This document shows, one piece after another, positions 46,195 through 55,432 of a stretch of 64,000 nt of DNA. The stretch is taken from the IMG/VR virus record IMGVR_UViG_3300027733_000053; one strand, 5' to 3'. Below the pieces are notes generated by a model. The model made no database searches, was not told the DNA's origin, and worked only from the letters and a program-made list of their open reading frames with translations. The DNA is from an uncultured virus (IMG/VR IMGVR_UViG_3300027733_000053) (lineage: Duplodnaviria > Heunggongvirae > Uroviricota > Caudoviricetes > Crassvirales). Position numbers and translations under genes: made by a program. Positions within the stretch are counted from its first letter, which is position 1, and the number at the start of each line of letters is the position of its first letter.

Positions 46195-46480
46195 TCAAGA
46201 AGTTGTAGCGATAAAGAATCATTCGCAAGGGTTATTCACAAAGGGGCAACACTTTGTTGTTGAAAGCATAAGCGCATGTGGATGCGGGATGGAGTTACTA
46301 AAGTTATTTAAACTCACCGCTCCTTCAGGTTCTACGAGATGCAATTGTTGTATGGGAGTGATAAATGACTCATACTTTTATGCTAAGATGTTTGCACCTA
46401 TTGACTCTGTAACCTTTGCGGATGAGCTACTCAGAGACATTGCTATCGAAATAGAAGAAGAACAATTAATTTTAAAATAA
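46181..46480 (+). CDS. Small SH3-like hypothetical protein with Cys pairs
   Basis: FKV.Q.VVA...FAP. Confidence 0.55.
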   Translation: MFKVNQEVVAIKNHSQGLFTKGQHFVVESISACGCGMELLKLFKLTAPSGSTRCNCCMGVINDSYFYAKMFAPIDSVTFADELLRDIAIEIEEEQLILK

Positions 46481-46481
46481 A

Positions 46482-46670
46482 ATGGGAGAACCACTAACAG
46501 ACGAATCCCCGATGCCTTTCGGGAAGTACAGCCAGCACAGGATGGAGGATGTTCCTGCATCATACTTAATATGGTTTAAGGAAAACGTTGCACCAACATA
46601 TGCTAACCAAGGCGTACACGATTACATTGATGACAACATGAATGTATTGATGAAAGAATTAAAAGGATAA
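46482..46670 (+). CDS. MPFGKY-motif small protein (DUF3820-like)
   Basis: MPFGKY....DVP.SYL.W. Confidence 0.75.
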   Translation: MGEPLTDESPMPFGKYSQHRMEDVPASYLIWFKENVAPTYANQGVHDYIDDNMNVLMKELKG

Positions 46671-46673
46671 ACT

Positions 46674-47099
46674 ATGAAGGCACTACACGAATTTAAGACA
46701 GAACAACTTTACAAGGATTATCTTGTAATATATTTCTCTAGTCAGTTTGTTTCTTCAGGAATAGTACCCGACAGAATAGTTGTTGACATGATTACACAGC
46801 TAGTAGATAAGATGCCGATGAATCGTCCAAAGGCGATCCGCTCAGAAAGAGAAACAAAAACAATTGTTGAGCGTAAGAAAGATTTTATACTATCTTTGCA
46901 ACCTTTCTTAAAGGATTACGGAAAGGATATGCTTAACGACTTCTATTCCTATTGGACTGAGGAAACAAAAGACAAGGAGAAATTCAGGATGGAACTTGAG
47001 AAGACATGGACATTAGAAAGACGCTTAAAGAATTGGAAGAATAACAATAATGGATTCAATAAGACACAAACATTACCAACACTACAAGGAACTATATGA
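46674..47099 (+). CDS. Replication-initiator-like protein
   Basis: FYSYWTE...RMELEKTW...RRL.NW; directly upstream of the helicase. Confidence 0.55.
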   Translation: MKALHEFKTEQLYKDYLVIYFSSQFVSSGIVPDRIVVDMITQLVDKMPMNRPKAIRSERETKTIVERKKDFILSLQPFLKDYGKDMLNDFYSYWTEETKDKEKFRMELEKTWTLERRLKNWKNNNNGFNKTQTLPTLQGTI

Positions 47100-48118
47100 G
47101 CAAGCAATCCTATTTTAGAGCAACAGACGTTTTTCTTGAACTTAACCAACTTCGTGATGAAGGGGTATCTCGTGGTGAGTTATGCGGACTCACATCGCTT
47201 GATGAATTGTTCACTCTAAAGAAAGGATACCCTCTATTCATAGCAGGTGCGCCATATTCTGGGAAAACCGAATTCGTTCTTGAGATACTTTTGAACAGCT
47301 CAATATTGTATGGATGGAATCATTTCCTATATATCGGAGAGGGAGGAGATGTTCAGAACGTCTTTGGAGAATTAATACATAAGTACACGGGCAGACCATT
47401 TGTTAAAACAAATCAATACCATATTGACGACAAAGAATTTTGTCAGGCAGTGTTATTTATTAATAAACACTTTGTAATAGCTAACCACGACAAAGAATTT
47501 ACTATAGGAGAATTTTATGCTTGCGTTATGGAGGCTGAGATGGAGTATAAGATTAAGTTCGATACTACCGTTTTTGACCCGTTTAACGACATTAAAGATG
47601 AAACAGAACAACACGGAGGCAGAGAGGATAAATATCTCGCCTCGGCTCTTAAAACGGTTCGTGTTGACTCTAAGAGAAATGACAGGATAAATATTTTGGT
47701 GAACCACATCGCAGATGTAAGGGCCGTTCAGGATAAGGACACGGGCAACAGGTACATGCCTCCCGCATTGCCTAACGAATGGGCGGGTGGAAGAACGTGG
47801 TGGAGAAGAGCCTTCACAATGCTTTTAGTCTATCGTCCTCCTACTTGGATGACCGATGCTAACGGAAAGCCTTACGAGGATAATGAGAGTCACATCTACG
47901 TTCAGAAGTCTAAGCCTAAAGGTATTGGTAAGACAGGAAGGGCAAGCATCTTTTGGGATTGGAAGAGAAACAGATATTGGTGCTACGATAAAAACAATCA
48001 GAAGGTGTACAGCTGTGAGACAGGAGAAACAATAAAGCATGAGATTACATCTCTTATCGAGGCAGGAAAAACATTTTTAGATGACACCTCAGAAATAAAT
48101 TACAGCGATCCATTTTAA
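47096..48118 (+). CDS. SF4 (DnaB/Twinkle-like) replicative helicase
   Basis: GAPYSGKT Walker A, VFDPFN Walker B, LVNH, AGG..W. Confidence 0.85.
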   Translation: MSKQSYFRATDVFLELNQLRDEGVSRGELCGLTSLDELFTLKKGYPLFIAGAPYSGKTEFVLEILLNSSILYGWNHFLYIGEGGDVQNVFGELIHKYTGRPFVKTNQYHIDDKEFCQAVLFINKHFVIANHDKEFTIGEFYACVMEAEMEYKIKFDTTVFDPFNDIKDETEQHGGREDKYLASALKTVRVDSKRNDRINILVNHIADVRAVQDKDTGNRYMPPALPNEWAGGRTWWRRAFTMLLVYRPPTWMTDANGKPYEDNESHIYVQKSKPKGIGKTGRASIFWDWKRNRYWCYDKNNQKVYSCETGETIKHEITSLIEAGKTFLDDTSEINYSDPF

Positions 48119-48158
48119 AATAAATTAACGTTCTTTGATTTCATATCAATAAATTTAT

Positions 48159-48600
48159 TATCTTTGGCTTAAGTTATAAATACGAGGACACGTATTGTAT
48201 AGCAAGACATTTACATATCGGGGGAAACCCCTATCTATAAATCGAAAGCCATCAACGTTGTGTCCTCAACCGAGATGGTTTTTGTATTTATAGCCTATCG
48301 TTGTAGTACAATCATACCCGATACAATAGACTTAATGTTGTGAATATGATAGTGGTAGAAAATAATGCAATTAGTGGAAATAGTCCTGCACTGTCTTTGA
48401 GGTTGACAACAGGCAAACTAACAGCGAATAGCACACACTAATTACCGAAGGAAGCGGATACTTGTTATTATTTTGCCTAGTGATAATGAAAGTTAAAAAA
48501 GTTATCACACTCTTAATTACACTGGACTTTTAGAAAGAAGGGAGTGTAGCTAGTTAGGAAGAAGAACCTCCTATTACATATATCGAAGTAAACCATTTTA
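48159..48600 (+). ncRNA. Candidate structured leader RNA B
   Basis: TTTG-N21-TATCTTTG promoter; complementary loops GAGGACAC/GTGTCCTC; four motifs shared with RNA A. Confidence 0.5.
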
Positions 48601-48612
48601 AAACCAAAAACT

Positions 48613-49431
48613 ATGAAAGAAATAACCATTAAAACAGCCGAGACAACGTTCTTAGCCCTAAAGAAGACTGCTAGCGAACTCGCTCAGAAGTGTGCGTCAA
48701 TAGTAATCTCTGACGAATCATCCAAACAAATCGCCATCCAAAACTATTCAATGCTGAAGGAGAAGATAGGACAGATAGAAGACATCCGTGTGAAAGAGAA
48801 GGCTCCGTATCTTGACGCTGGAAAGCAAATCGATGCATTAGCCAAGGCTTTGAAAGAACCAATGGATGCAGTGTTGCAGGAAGGAAGAAACAAGATAAAG
48901 GAGTACGACACTATTCAGGCACAGATTGCTAAGATAGAGGCTGACAGACTGCAAGCAATAAAGGATGAGATTACAATTCATGCTAAAAATTCTATAACAT
49001 TGTTTGATCAGTGCGACACTATCGAACTTTTATCTAAGGCACGAGACAGAGTTGTTGTTAACTTCATCCCGCCTATCGCTTGGCAAGAGATTGATGAAGT
49101 TAATCAGCTAACAAAAATATCTCTCAATGATTATTGCAAGCAAAGACGCATAGAGATTATGTCTCCCAAGCAGGCTGACGAATCCGTTACACAAATGATT
49201 AAGGAGGAGATTGCTGAGAAGATTGAGGAGGTTACTCCTGTAGCATATCAAAGCACAACGAAGATGCGAGGCACACCGAAGTTTAACGTGCTTGACCTAG
49301 GTGCTGTTCCGAGAGAATGGTTGATGTTGGACGAGGCTAAGGTGAAAGAATATCAGAGAGCAAACAAAGGAATAACGGGCATTGTAAACGGAATTGAATT
49401 TTTTATTGATTATAGTGTAACCATTAAATAA
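48613..49431 (+). CDS. Coiled-coil protein of the recombination module
   Basis: R...K.PY..A.K.ID; VPREWL..D. Confidence 0.6.
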   Translation: MKEITIKTAETTFLALKKTASELAQKCASIVISDESSKQIAIQNYSMLKEKIGQIEDIRVKEKAPYLDAGKQIDALAKALKEPMDAVLQEGRNKIKEYDTIQAQIAKIEADRLQAIKDEITIHAKNSITLFDQCDTIELLSKARDRVVVNFIPPIAWQEIDEVNQLTKISLNDYCKQRRIEIMSPKQADESVTQMIKEEIAEKIEEVTPVAYQSTTKMRGTPKFNVLDLGAVPREWLMLDEAKVKEYQRANKGITGIVNGIEFFIDYSVTIK

Positions 49432-49441
49432 TTATAACGTA
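49417..49441 (+). promoter_or_regulatory. ECF-type promoter
   Basis: GTAACC-N15-CGTA. Confidence 0.6.
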
Positions 49442-49469
49442 CAACAGATAAATCTAAAACCAAAAAACT

Positions 49470-49760
49470 ATGAAAACAATCACATTCACACACAAAGACA
49501 AAAACTTATTTCACTTGTTGAAGGAGACCAACATCATTGCTCAAGGACAAGTTCTAAAGGGCGAGGCTCGTATCACAGGATTCTCTAAGGAAGACATCTC
49601 GGTAGGAGACACGATGAGTATTATCGGAATAAATTATCAGGTAATAAACGTTGTCGAAAGACGAGACCACAAGGGAGTGTTCCTCAATCCAGAAGACAAC
49701 AAGGACAGCTTCTTCGAGGTACAAACAAAGTTCGAAAGAGTTGTAGAAACAAAGAAATAA
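49470..49760 (+). CDS. Hypothetical protein
   Basis: ORF. Confidence 0.6.
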   Translation: MKTITFTHKDKNLFHLLKETNIIAQGQVLKGEARITGFSKEDISVGDTMSIIGINYQVINVVERRDHKGVFLNPEDNKDSFFEVQTKFERVVETKK

Positions 49761-49825
49761 ATTTGCATAATTGAACAATAAGAATTACTTTTACAAATAT
49801 TATTAACCAATAAAACCATAAAAAA

Positions 49826-50629
49826 ATGTCAAGATTAACACCCGAAACAAAGTTAGAAAATCCATGCACACGATTCCTTGATTGGAGCGGTAGCGATGGT
49901 GTGTTTACGTATTTCGATAAACAAAAAGAAGCAGCAGAAAAAGGCACAGGTAAAACAGTTGTCGCTATTCCCTTTCAGTTTATCGTTCTCGATACACTTG
50001 TAACAATTGCTGGATACTCTGACGCTGACGAGAGTCGCTTTTGGAGTAACGAGATTCCTAAGAAGCAAATGAAGACTGCTGTCTTAAAGGTTCGTAACAA
50101 GAACGGAGCTGTCATCGAAGGAACTTACGAGAACATCAAGGGTAAGCATTCAGGTATGAAGTACGCTGAGTCTATCTACATCGCTTACAAGGATGGTGCA
50201 GAATTTAAGTTAGGAAACATAAAGGCTGTAGGAAGTTTCTTGTCAGCATGGATTAACTATGTTGCAGGAGAAAAAGATGATAACAATAAGGTTATCTCAT
50301 TGCCACACGATCCGTTCAAGGGCGCAATCTCTGTAGCGTCTGTGCTAGAGAAAAAGAAGGGCGCAACAAAGTATAAGGTTCCTGTGTTCGTCCCATCTGA
50401 AACAAAGCCTGAGACAGAAGCCAAAGCATTAGAGGTGGCTCGCGTATTGGAGTCGTATCTTTCCGAATATTTAAAGCAAAGCAATATCGTTTCATCTCCG
50501 ACACCTTCTGCTGAAGAAGTTGAGGCAACGTTTGATGCTATGCCATCAGCAAGAGAGGTTGCGATGGCTAAGAAGTCAACAAATCTGATTGCTCCTCCAA
50601 TGGATGAGTTAAATGACTTGCCATTCTAA
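49826..50629 (+). CDS. Putative ssDNA-binding protein
   Basis: Acidic C-terminal tail ending DLPF. Confidence 0.65.
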   Translation: MSRLTPETKLENPCTRFLDWSGSDGVFTYFDKQKEAAEKGTGKTVVAIPFQFIVLDTLVTIAGYSDADESRFWSNEIPKKQMKTAVLKVRNKNGAVIEGTYENIKGKHSGMKYAESIYIAYKDGAEFKLGNIKAVGSFLSAWINYVAGEKDDNNKVISLPHDPFKGAISVASVLEKKKGATKYKVPVFVPSETKPETEAKALEVARVLESYLSEYLKQSNIVSSPTPSAEEVEATFDAMPSAREVAMAKKSTNLIAPPMDELNDLPF

Positions 50630-50637
50630 TATCCACT

Positions 50638-50668
50638 ATTAGCGGGGAGAAATCTCCGCTAATTTTTT
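50638..50668 (+). terminator. Intrinsic terminator
   Basis: TTAGCGGGGA/TCTCCGCTAA stem plus U6. Confidence 0.75.
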
Positions 50669-50788
50669 ACTTCTCACTATGAAAAAGAAACCTACAAAAC
50701 AGGAGCGGTTAGAACTCGCTAGAAAAATAATTGCTCAAGGAGAAAAGAAAGACCTTAAATCGTTAAACCAAAAAAACAAATCAAAATA

Positions 50789-51235
50789 ATGGTTCTAAAA
50801 CACTTTGGGTTAATTACCAACGGTCAGCGTCACTACTACAATGATAAGCTACATAAGGCTTGTCTATCGGACTTAGAAGGCAAAGAGTTTGAGGAGACGA
50901 TTAAGCTAAAGTTTAAGCGTGTGTCCTGCAATGCCTTTGGATACTATTACGGCTGTGTTATTGATACGGCTCTCAAGGCTGAGATGTTCGGAGGATGGGA
51001 CAAGGATGAGATGGACGACTTCTTCTCCGACATGTTTCTTACATCCTACAAGACGCTCCGCATCAATCACCCAGGATCAGAGAAGGAGGAGCATTATACC
51101 ATCAAGAAAGTGAGAAGCAAAGGAAACGGTTTCACATCAAAGGAGATGGTTGAATTTGTTGACAAGGTGATAATATGGTTGGCACAGAATGACATCGTTG
51201 TTCCCCCTTCAGAAAACTATTCAGAAGAAAATTAA
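50789..51235 (+). CDS. NinB-like protein
   Basis: R.S....YYYG.V; T..EM.EF.DKV..W....I.VP.P. Confidence 0.55.
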   Translation: MVLKHFGLITNGQRHYYNDKLHKACLSDLEGKEFEETIKLKFKRVSCNAFGYYYGCVIDTALKAEMFGGWDKDEMDDFFSDMFLTSYKTLRINHPGSEKEEHYTIKKVRSKGNGFTSKEMVEFVDKVIIWLAQNDIVVPPSENYSEEN

Positions 51236-51253
51236 AATTATTTTCAAAAAAGT

Positions 51254-51279
51254 GTAACCTTTTAAATGCACGTGTCGTA
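51254..51279 (+). promoter_or_regulatory. ECF-type promoter
   Basis: GTAACC-N16-CGTA. Confidence 0.65.
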
Positions 51280-51303
51280 GAACCATATAAAAAAACTAAA
51301 ACT

Positions 51304-51501
51304 ATGAGCCAGAAACAACATTTCGACACAATAAAATGCGAGGATGACCTTAGGGCATATTTCGTAAGACAACAACAGAAAGTTCAGGTTGTCTATCCAT
51401 TCGTTCTTATGACAGAGTCAGAGGCAGTAAGAAAGGCTTACGACAAAATGATAAACGCTGTCCCTGCAAAGGAGATGCTTAACGTAAAGATAAAAAAATG
51501 A
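51304..51501 (+). CDS. Hypothetical protein
   Basis: ORF. Confidence 0.55.
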   Translation: MSQKQHFDTIKCEDDLRAYFVRQQQKVQVVYPFVLMTESEAVRKAYDKMINAVPAKEMLNVKIKK

Positions 51502-51725
51502 CAGACCTAGAAATATATTTAGAGGACTATCGTGATGCTAAGATAACAGCCTCTGTTGAGCAGTTGATACAACACCTTCGTTGGATATATAAATCTGAGG
51601 GAGCAATCGCTACAGAAGAATATATTCAAGAGTTAGAGGGACTTGGATTAAACCATGAGACAGCTAAGGCTATTTTAATTGCTGCAGCGAATCCCGATCA
51701 ACCATATAAAATCACGAGGATATGA
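51498..51725 (+). CDS. Hypothetical protein
   Basis: ORF. Confidence 0.55.
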   Translation: MTDLEIYLEDYRDAKITASVEQLIQHLRWIYKSEGAIATEEYIQELEGLGLNHETAKAILIAAANPDQPYKITRI

Positions 51726-52279
51726 CAGAGGATGACTTACGCAAGATGGGTATGGTTAAGGATGCTAACGGATACTATCGTAAAGAAAAGACTGTCCCTC
51801 AGCCGAGAGAGAAGACTCCTGTTAAAGAGGTAACTAAAAACGTTTACTTTAACAACATGGATATTCAAGATGTTTATGCTCAGTGTGAGAAGGACGGAAC
51901 AATATTCATCAAGGGGAATGTGCCTTCGCTAAAGAACTCTAAGCAGATATTTAAGAACAGCAAGACAGGAAAAAGTTTTATCACATCGTCAGCCCTTTGC
52001 AAGCAGTACGTTAAGGATACAGACATTCACTTCAGAGTGTTCAAGCCGAAGTTCTTGGAGATGATTAAGGGCAAGGACAAGCCATACAGAATACAAATGT
52101 TTTTCGTGAGAGATAAGCACAAAGCTTTCGATTATATAAATATAAGTCAAATAATATTTGACCTTATGCAAACTCACGGATGGCTTGAGGATGATGACAA
52201 CAGAAATGTAATACCTAACTTCGATTGTGGGTACGGATATGACCCAAAAATGGCGGGAGTAATAATTAAAATTTTGTAA
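51722..52279 (+). CDS. RusA-like Holliday junction resolvase
   Basis: VPSLKN, FDYIN..Q...DLM....LEDD. Confidence 0.7.
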   Translation: MTEDDLRKMGMVKDANGYYRKEKTVPQPREKTPVKEVTKNVYFNNMDIQDVYAQCEKDGTIFIKGNVPSLKNSKQIFKNSKTGKSFITSSALCKQYVKDTDIHFRVFKPKFLEMIKGKDKPYRIQMFFVRDKHKAFDYINISQIIFDLMQTHGWLEDDDNRNVIPNFDCGYGYDPKMAGVIIKIL

Positions 52280-52376
52280 CTATGAAAAAATTATTCATCT
52301 TTCTTTTTCTCGTTGTAGTGTCAGGATTCATAGCAGTTCAGGTAATAGAGGAACAAGAATATCAAAAACAAATAAT

Positions 52377-52598
52377 ATGCAAGAAATAGAAATGCTTCCT
52401 GTTGAGTCGAGTATAGTGTCAGAAATTGGATGGAGTAAGGACACTCTCCGCGTTAAATTCCCTACAGGTAGAGTTTACGATTACCACGGCATCATTGAGT
52501 ATAAATACGACTTAATTATTAACGCTAAGTCGATAGGATCAGAATTCAAGAAGCAAACAAAGGGGCATAGCTATACACAAGTAAACAAACAAAACTAA
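52377..52598 (+). CDS. KTSC-domain protein
   Basis: VESS.V..IG....L.V.F..G.VYDY......A.SIG..F. Confidence 0.85.
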   Translation: MQEIEMLPVESSIVSEIGWSKDTLRVKFPTGRVYDYHGIIEYKYDLIINAKSIGSEFKKQTKGHSYTQVNKQN

Positions 52599-52599
52599 T

Positions 52600-52797
52600 A
52601 TGTCAGACATAACGAAATGCAAAGGGCAAAACTGCCCAATCAAAGACCAGTGCAAAAGATACACAGCAAAAGATTCTATTTGGCAATCTTACTTTATGGA
52701 ATCCCCTATTAAGGATGATAAATGTGAAATGTATTGGGGTGAAAAAAACGAAGATATTTTTAATCAGTTAAAATCAATACTAAACAAACAAGACTAA
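52600..52797 (+). CDS. Small Cys-rich conserved phage protein
   Basis: MSDITKC...CPIK..C.RY...QSYF...C. Confidence 0.7.
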   Translation: MSDITKCKGQNCPIKDQCKRYTAKDSIWQSYFMESPIKDDKCEMYWGEKNEDIFNQLKSILNKQD

Positions 52798-52891
52798 TGA
52801 AAGACTACGAAATAATAAGATATTGGTTTGCAGGAAGTGAATCAATTAAAGCAGGGTGGATGTATAAACTAATAAAAAAAACAAGACTAAT

Positions 52892-54136
52892 ATGAAAAAA
52901 ATACTTTTCTTCCTTTTACTAGCACTTCCTCTACTTGTAAAAGCACAGTACTGTAGCCCAGCAACTACAAACGTAGCCATCACACCTACAACAACAGTTC
53001 AATTTACGGCTTCTTACTCTACAGGCAAGCGAGCATTTAACTTTCCAGCTACAGCAGGATGTGTTTACACATTTTCTACTTGTGGCTTTACTACTGTAGA
53101 CACCTATTTAAGACTGTACTCAACATCTACAGGTGGCACTTTGCTTACTACTAGTGACGATTACTGTAGCACTCAATCTCAAATCACTTGGACATGTGTG
53201 ACCACAGGAACATATTCTATTTTGCTGACTAAGTACAGTTGTGTAGCACTTACCGCTTCAACATATATGTCTTATGTTAAGTCATGTCCTGTTGTAGCAA
53301 CAAACGACAATTGTGCAAGTGCCATTGCCATTACACTACCTTACACAAGTGCTGTTACTTCAACAGTTGCAGCAACTAGTGATGTGCCTACAAGTGTCTC
53401 TTCTTGTGCTGCTCAAGGCAAAAACATATGGTACTCAGTAGTAGGCAACAACACAACATACACTGCTACTACATGTAATGCGTCTACAAACTTTGACACT
53501 GAAGTCAGAATACTTACAGGAACATGTAGTACTCTTAACAGTATGACTGAAGTAACATGTAACGATGATGATTTGTCTTGTTCTTCAAGTACTCGTTCAA
53601 CAGCATCATGGTGTGCAGAATTTGGCTTCACCTATTACATTTCAGTAGGAGGTTATGCTTCTACTTCTGGAGACGTAAAACTTACTGTTTCAAGTACAGG
53701 AGTGGCATGTAGTGCTTTACCCATTGAACTGCTGTCGTTTGACGTTTACATGGTTGACACAACCGTAAATGTTAAATGGTCTACTGCGACTGAAACTAAC
53801 TGCGACTACTTTATTATAGAAAGATCTGTTAATGGCATTGATTGGAAGGAAGTTGCTCAAGTGAATGGAAATGGAACAACATCAACAGTACATTTTTACA
53901 ACACAATAGATTTGAATGCATCTTATGGGTACAACTATTATAGATTAAAACAAGTAGATTACAGCGGTCATTATGAAATATACCCAATTAAAAGTGTGTA
54001 TAAGCCATTTAAAAAACAAAACATTGTAATGATGGTAAACATTTTAGGACAACAAATAAAAGATTTAAGTGAGTTTAAAGGAATATTTTTTATAATTTAT
54101 GATGATGGAACTATAGAAAAGAAAGTAAAATATTAA
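52892..54136 (+). CDS. Secreted Thr/Cys-rich protein resembling T9SS cargo
   Basis: Signal peptide; LPIELLSF..W.TATE.N..F.IERS..G..W..YYRLKQVD; ILGQ..YDDG..EK tail. Confidence 0.75.
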   Translation: MKKILFFLLLALPLLVKAQYCSPATTNVAITPTTTVQFTASYSTGKRAFNFPATAGCVYTFSTCGFTTVDTYLRLYSTSTGGTLLTTSDDYCSTQSQITWTCVTTGTYSILLTKYSCVALTASTYMSYVKSCPVVATNDNCASAIAITLPYTSAVTSTVAATSDVPTSVSSCAAQGKNIWYSVVGNNTTYTATTCNASTNFDTEVRILTGTCSTLNSMTEVTCNDDDLSCSSSTRSTASWCAEFGFTYYISVGGYASTSGDVKLTVSSTGVACSALPIELLSFDVYMVDTTVNVKWSTATETNCDYFIIERSVNGIDWKEVAQVNGNGTTSTVHFYNTIDLNASYGYNYYRLKQVDYSGHYEIYPIKSVYKPFKKQNIVMMVNILGQQIKDLSEFKGIFFIIYDDGTIEKKVKY

Positions 54137-54159
54137 CTCACTAAACAAACAAAACTAAT

Positions 54160-54441
54160 ATGAAAAGAAAAATATCGGATATAGAATTGTGGAAATTACT
54201 TCTGATATTTCTTTCAGCAGTTATGCTTGAAATAACGGGAGTGGCGAGAATCAGGTTCCTAGTTGATAGAAATTCTTTTGGGATGGCGTTTATGGTGTTC
54301 TTAAACCCTTTCTTATGTTTGCTTATGAGTCATTACACCATCGAGGCGAAGACAATTAAACAAAGAACATTGATTGCATTTGCATTTGCCCTAGGGTTTT
54401 CAGCGGGTGCGATAATTTCTAATATGTTTTTATATGAATAA
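54160..54441 (+). CDS. Small membrane protein
   Basis: Three hydrophobic segments. Confidence 0.6.
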   Translation: MKRKISDIELWKLLLIFLSAVMLEITGVARIRFLVDRNSFGMAFMVFLNPFLCLLMSHYTIEAKTIKQRTLIAFAFALGFSAGAIISNMFLYE

Positions 54442-54535
54442 AAAATAATTATATTTGCAAAACGCTGGTGAGGTAAGCGTGGCAACAGAATGTCTCATTC
54501 ATGTTATATTGTAACATGTTGTAAAGGTTGCTGAT

Positions 54536-54639
54536 AGTCAGGTGGCGGAATGGTAGACGCTAAAATAACAAGTGGACAGCGTGCCATTGGGGAAGGGCCA
54601 AGAAAGTTACGCATGCAGGTTCGATTCCTGTCCTGACTA
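54536..54639 (+). ncRNA. tRNA-like RNA without a canonical anticodon arm
   Basis: Acceptor AGTCAGG/CCTGACT, Leu-type D-arm, T-arm GCAGG-TTCGATT-CCTGT, 54-nt insert. Confidence 0.7.
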
Positions 54640-54655
54640 CAAAAATAGACATTAT

Positions 54656-54741
54656 GGTCAAATGGTGTAAGTGGGAATAAATACCACCTAGGATAACAGC
54701 TCTGAGAAAGAGAGATGCAGGTTCGAATCCTGCTTTGACCA
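54656..54741 (+). ncRNA. tRNA-like RNA with degenerate anticodon arm
   Basis: Acceptor GGTCAAA/TTTGACC, T-arm GCAGG-TTCGAAT-CCTGC. Confidence 0.65.
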
Positions 54742-54750
54742 CTAAAACAT

Positions 54751-55173
54751 TTAATGCTTAATCAAAGCTGTCAATCCAATATATCCAGCCTCAATTACAA
54801 CGAATCCTCCAACAATAATAAACCCTGTCTTAAATAAGCGTCTGCTTCTTAACACCTTGTGAAGTTGTCCTTCTAGATACACCTTATCTGATTGGCAATT
54901 TTGGTTCTGCTTGATGTGTAGGTTGATCTCTTCTTGACGGGCTGATACCTCGTAACGCAATTCAGTAGCTTCCTGTTGCAAGGCACCTATCTGTTTATCC
55001 TTTAGGACAATGGTTAGCTCCTGCTCCTGAACGGTGTAAGATTGAATGATAACGAAGTTAGCCTGTGCTGGTGATAGACACTGAAGGCTATCGTACATTA
55101 TGACTTGCGAAGAGAGAGTCGAGTGCGTGATTACGCTGAGAATTAGTATAACGAGGCACCTTAGCTTTTTCAT
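54751..55173 (-). CDS. Spanin-like lysis protein
   Basis: Hydrophobic N- and C-termini, coiled coil, overlaps the upstream gene. Confidence 0.45.
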   Translation of the reverse strand: MKKLRCLVILILSVITHSTLSSQVIMYDSLQCLSPAQANFVIIQSYTVQEQELTIVLKDKQIGALQQEATELRYEVSARQEEINLHIKQNQNCQSDKVYLEGQLHKVLRSRRLFKTGFIIVGGFVVIEAGYIGLTALIKH

Positions 55174-55432
55174 TTTTATATTTTATATGGATTAAAGAAT
55201 CTATTCTTTTGTACTCATTTACTGCATTTAAGCAACTATCTGCTAATCTATGGTAGTTATCACCTAAAGCCTTCTTTTCTGCTATCTGAGACGTTAAAAT
55301 GCTGTCTCTTTGAGATGTTAATCGTTTTACTTCTTCCTGGTTATCAACCTTCGTGTTTCGAAATGCTAACCAAAGCAATATTACAATAACACAAACGTAA
55401 ATTAAGTCTCTAAGGCTGAACGTTATTTTCAT
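55088..55432 (-). CDS. Spanin-like lysis protein
   Basis: N-terminal TM plus coiled coil. Confidence 0.45.
   Translation of the reverse strand: MKITFSLRDLIYVCVIVILLWLAFRNTKVDNQEEVKRLTSQRDSILTSQIAEKKALGDNYHRLADSCLNAVNEYKRIDSLIHIKYKNEKAKVPRYTNSQRNHALDSLFASHNVR

Noticed and set aside
54462..54533. SAM-I riboswitch (GGCAAC...AAGGTTGC)
   Set aside because: Lacks the P1 AUC/GAU and kink-turn/pseudoknot elements.
54560..54742. 60-aa minus-strand ORF
   Set aside because: Reverse complement of the tRNA-like RNAs (GFEPA and GIEPA are T-arm artefacts).
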